A DNA stretch of 64,000 bases from Oopsacas minuta (taxonomy: Eukaryota; Animalia; Porifera), in assembly GCA_024704765.1 (NCBI GenBank), contig JAKMXF010000352.1:1-64000 (forward strand), written 5' to 3'. The position numbers and the translations under genes are program-made. The notes beneath the pieces were generated by a model. It made no database searches, was not told where the DNA came from, and saw nothing but the letters and a program-made list of their open reading frames with translations. This document shows, one piece after another, positions 62,449-64,000 of this stretch (position 1 is the first letter of the stretch; the number at the start of each line of letters is the position of its first letter).

Positions 62449-63754
62449 ACCGAGTGTTCAGTAAGTTCGAGTAAAAGTATGCTTACAGTACAGATAGATA
62501 TAAAAATACTATTTCAAATGTTCATAATACTCCCCATTAGCATCAATACACCTTTGACACCGTTCTAACCACATGTCAAATAGTCTTGAGTAGCGACTTT
62601 CTGGTATGAGGTCAATTGCATCAAAAAATGCGGCGCTCAGCTCTGTTTCCGAATCAAAACGTCTACCTTTTAGATGATGTTTTATAATAGGAAACAGCCA
62701 GAAGTCACAGGGGGCTAGATCTGGGCTATAGGGTGCATGATAGATCAATTCTAGCCCCGATTGTTTGATATAGTCCTTAGTTTTTCGTGCAATGTGAACT
62801 GGAGCATTGTCATGGTGAAATTTCATTCCGCGGAGACCAGTCTTTGGACACAACCTCTCGACAGCTTGGAACACTTGCGGAAGACAATTTTCAGTGTACC
62901 AAGTTACAGTAACAGTGTGCTCCTCAGGAAGCATCACATATTCTATTATCCCTCTTGTAGAGAAGAAAACAGCAAACATTCGCTTGCTGACCACCCTAGT
63001 TTGCTTAGGAATTGTGTCCGGTTGCTCGTCTTCAAAGATCCATTTTGAGTTCTGCTGCTTTGATTGAATGTCGTAATAATAGATCCATTTCTCGTCACAA
63101 GTTATGACTTCTGACCAGCGTCGCGAATCTCTTTTGGAATACTTTAGCAGCATAAAACGACAAAATTCTATTCGACGATTTTTTTGCTCAAAATTTATTA
63201 AATGGGGGACCAACTTAGACCAAACCCTCTTTAGCCCAAGGTGTTGGTGTAAGATGGTTTCTATTGTTCCCGATGAGACCGAAACTTCGAAAGCTAACTG
63301 TGTGACAGTGATTTGCCTATCCTCAGTTACTAGCTTCGATACTTTGTCGATATTCTCCTCGGTGACCGCCGTAATTGGACGTCCTGAACGTGACTCGGCG
63401 TCAAGGGATGTGTGGCCTAAACGGAATTGACGATACCACTTGTAAATGTTGGATTGGGTTGGACTTTGACCCCCAAAGATAGAAAACATCTCACAACTGC
63501 AATCTGCAACGTTTAATCCACGTTTGAAATTGTAGAAAATGATGTCACGGAAATCTCTCTTTTTCAAATTTTCCATAATATTAAAATATTGAAAGTGAAG
63601 ACTATAAAATTGGCTACAAAAAATCGAGTATAGTACTTATAATCCTAAAATTTGGTTAGAAAGTATAGATTCACTAGGTATGTATGTGGTTACGTTAAGT
63701 TAGCTCTACTGTAAGTGCTTTGTATAGTTTACTCGAACTTATTGAACACTCGGT
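62449..63754 (-). mobile_element. Mariner (DD34D) transposon
   Basis: 27-bp TIR ACCGAGTGTTCA(G/A)TAAGTTCGAGTAAA at 62449-75 and 63728-54; no TA flanks. Confidence 0.92.
62509..63576 (-). CDS. Intact mariner transposase (SETMAR-like DD34D), 355 aa
   Basis: HTH with RSGRP, LVPHL, TCDEKW, HHDNAPVH and PYSPDLAPCDFWLF (34-aa spacer); no stops. Confidence 0.95.
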   Translation of the reverse strand: MENLKKRDFRDIIFYNFKRGLNVADCSCEMFSIFGGQSPTQSNIYKWYRQFRLGHTSLDAESRSGRPITAVTEENIDKVSKLVTEDRQITVTQLAFEVSVSSGTIETILHQHLGLKRVWSKLVPHLINFEQKNRRIEFCRFMLLKYSKRDSRRWSEVITCDEKWIYYYDIQSKQQNSKWIFEDEQPDTIPKQTRVVSKRMFAVFFSTRGIIEYVMLPEEHTVTVTWYTENCLPQVFQAVERLCPKTGLRGMKFHHDNAPVHIARKTKDYIKQSGLELIYHAPYSPDLAPCDFWLFPIIKHHLKGRRFDSETELSAAFFDAIDLIPESRYSRLFDMWLERCQRCIDANGEYYEHLK

Positions 63755-64000
63755 CGATCTGTCTTGAGCTATACATATCCTGGTCAAGTAGCATTGGTTT
63801 TGTATATACATCAAGTCTGTATATCAAGAAGTGATCTGCGAATGCGAAAGGTTGCTGTTATGATTGTTGATGAGGATCGCAACAATAAAGAGGAGCACAC
63901 AAACACCTCAATTTGTTGATTTGACATTTGAAAGATAATAAGAATACAGACATCCTCCTAGTATGCCTGGTATATTGTTTTTTTTATTAGATAATTTGTT

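Noticed and set aside
1100-63430. Numerous 60-170-aa ORFs antisense to transposases or inside repeats (e.g. 59799-60305, 62761-63048, 14974-15330)
   Set aside because: Shadow frames of real ORFs or translations of tandem repeats; no independent coding evidence.
1-64000. Alternative genetic code or programmed frameshifting to explain the broken ORFs; Fanzor/TnpB, rRNA or tRNA genes
   Set aside because: Drosha and the mariner ORF read cleanly in the standard code, and lesions are scattered as expected for decay; no RuvC-type or structural-RNA signatures were recognised.

Overview
AT-rich eukaryotic (animal) DNA dominated by nested, mostly decayed DNA transposons: Tc1/mariner (DD37D maT x2, DD34E, DD37E, DD34D x2), several hAT families, a Kolobok/PF20700-type relic, Ginger-type integrases, MITEs and a dispersed 58-bp satellite. 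Host coding sequence is sparse: an uninterrupted 800-codon Drosha (46522-48924), one isolated RBM22 exon (9915-10171) and a 345-aa ORF I cannot assign (24267-25304). Two items stand out. (1) A 3.0-kb RAG1-like/Transib transposon (59179-62205, pseudogenised) whose transposase keeps the RAG1 DDE and Zn ligands and an NBD-like helix, and whose ends are RSS-like and asymmetric (heptamer + 17-nt or 8-nt spacer + shared 9-mer), with no RAG2-like gene. A second, divergent RAG1-like fragment also ends in CACAGTG, and there is a possible 48-bp mini-element. (2) A complete 5.9-kb, 7-exon Ginger1 transposon (TGT..ACA ends, GTAC target-site duplication) whose integrase is spliced to a USP-like cysteine-protease domain. 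All assignments are manual motif recognition; no database search was run. The host lineage (a non-vertebrate, possibly early-branching animal) is only an inference.
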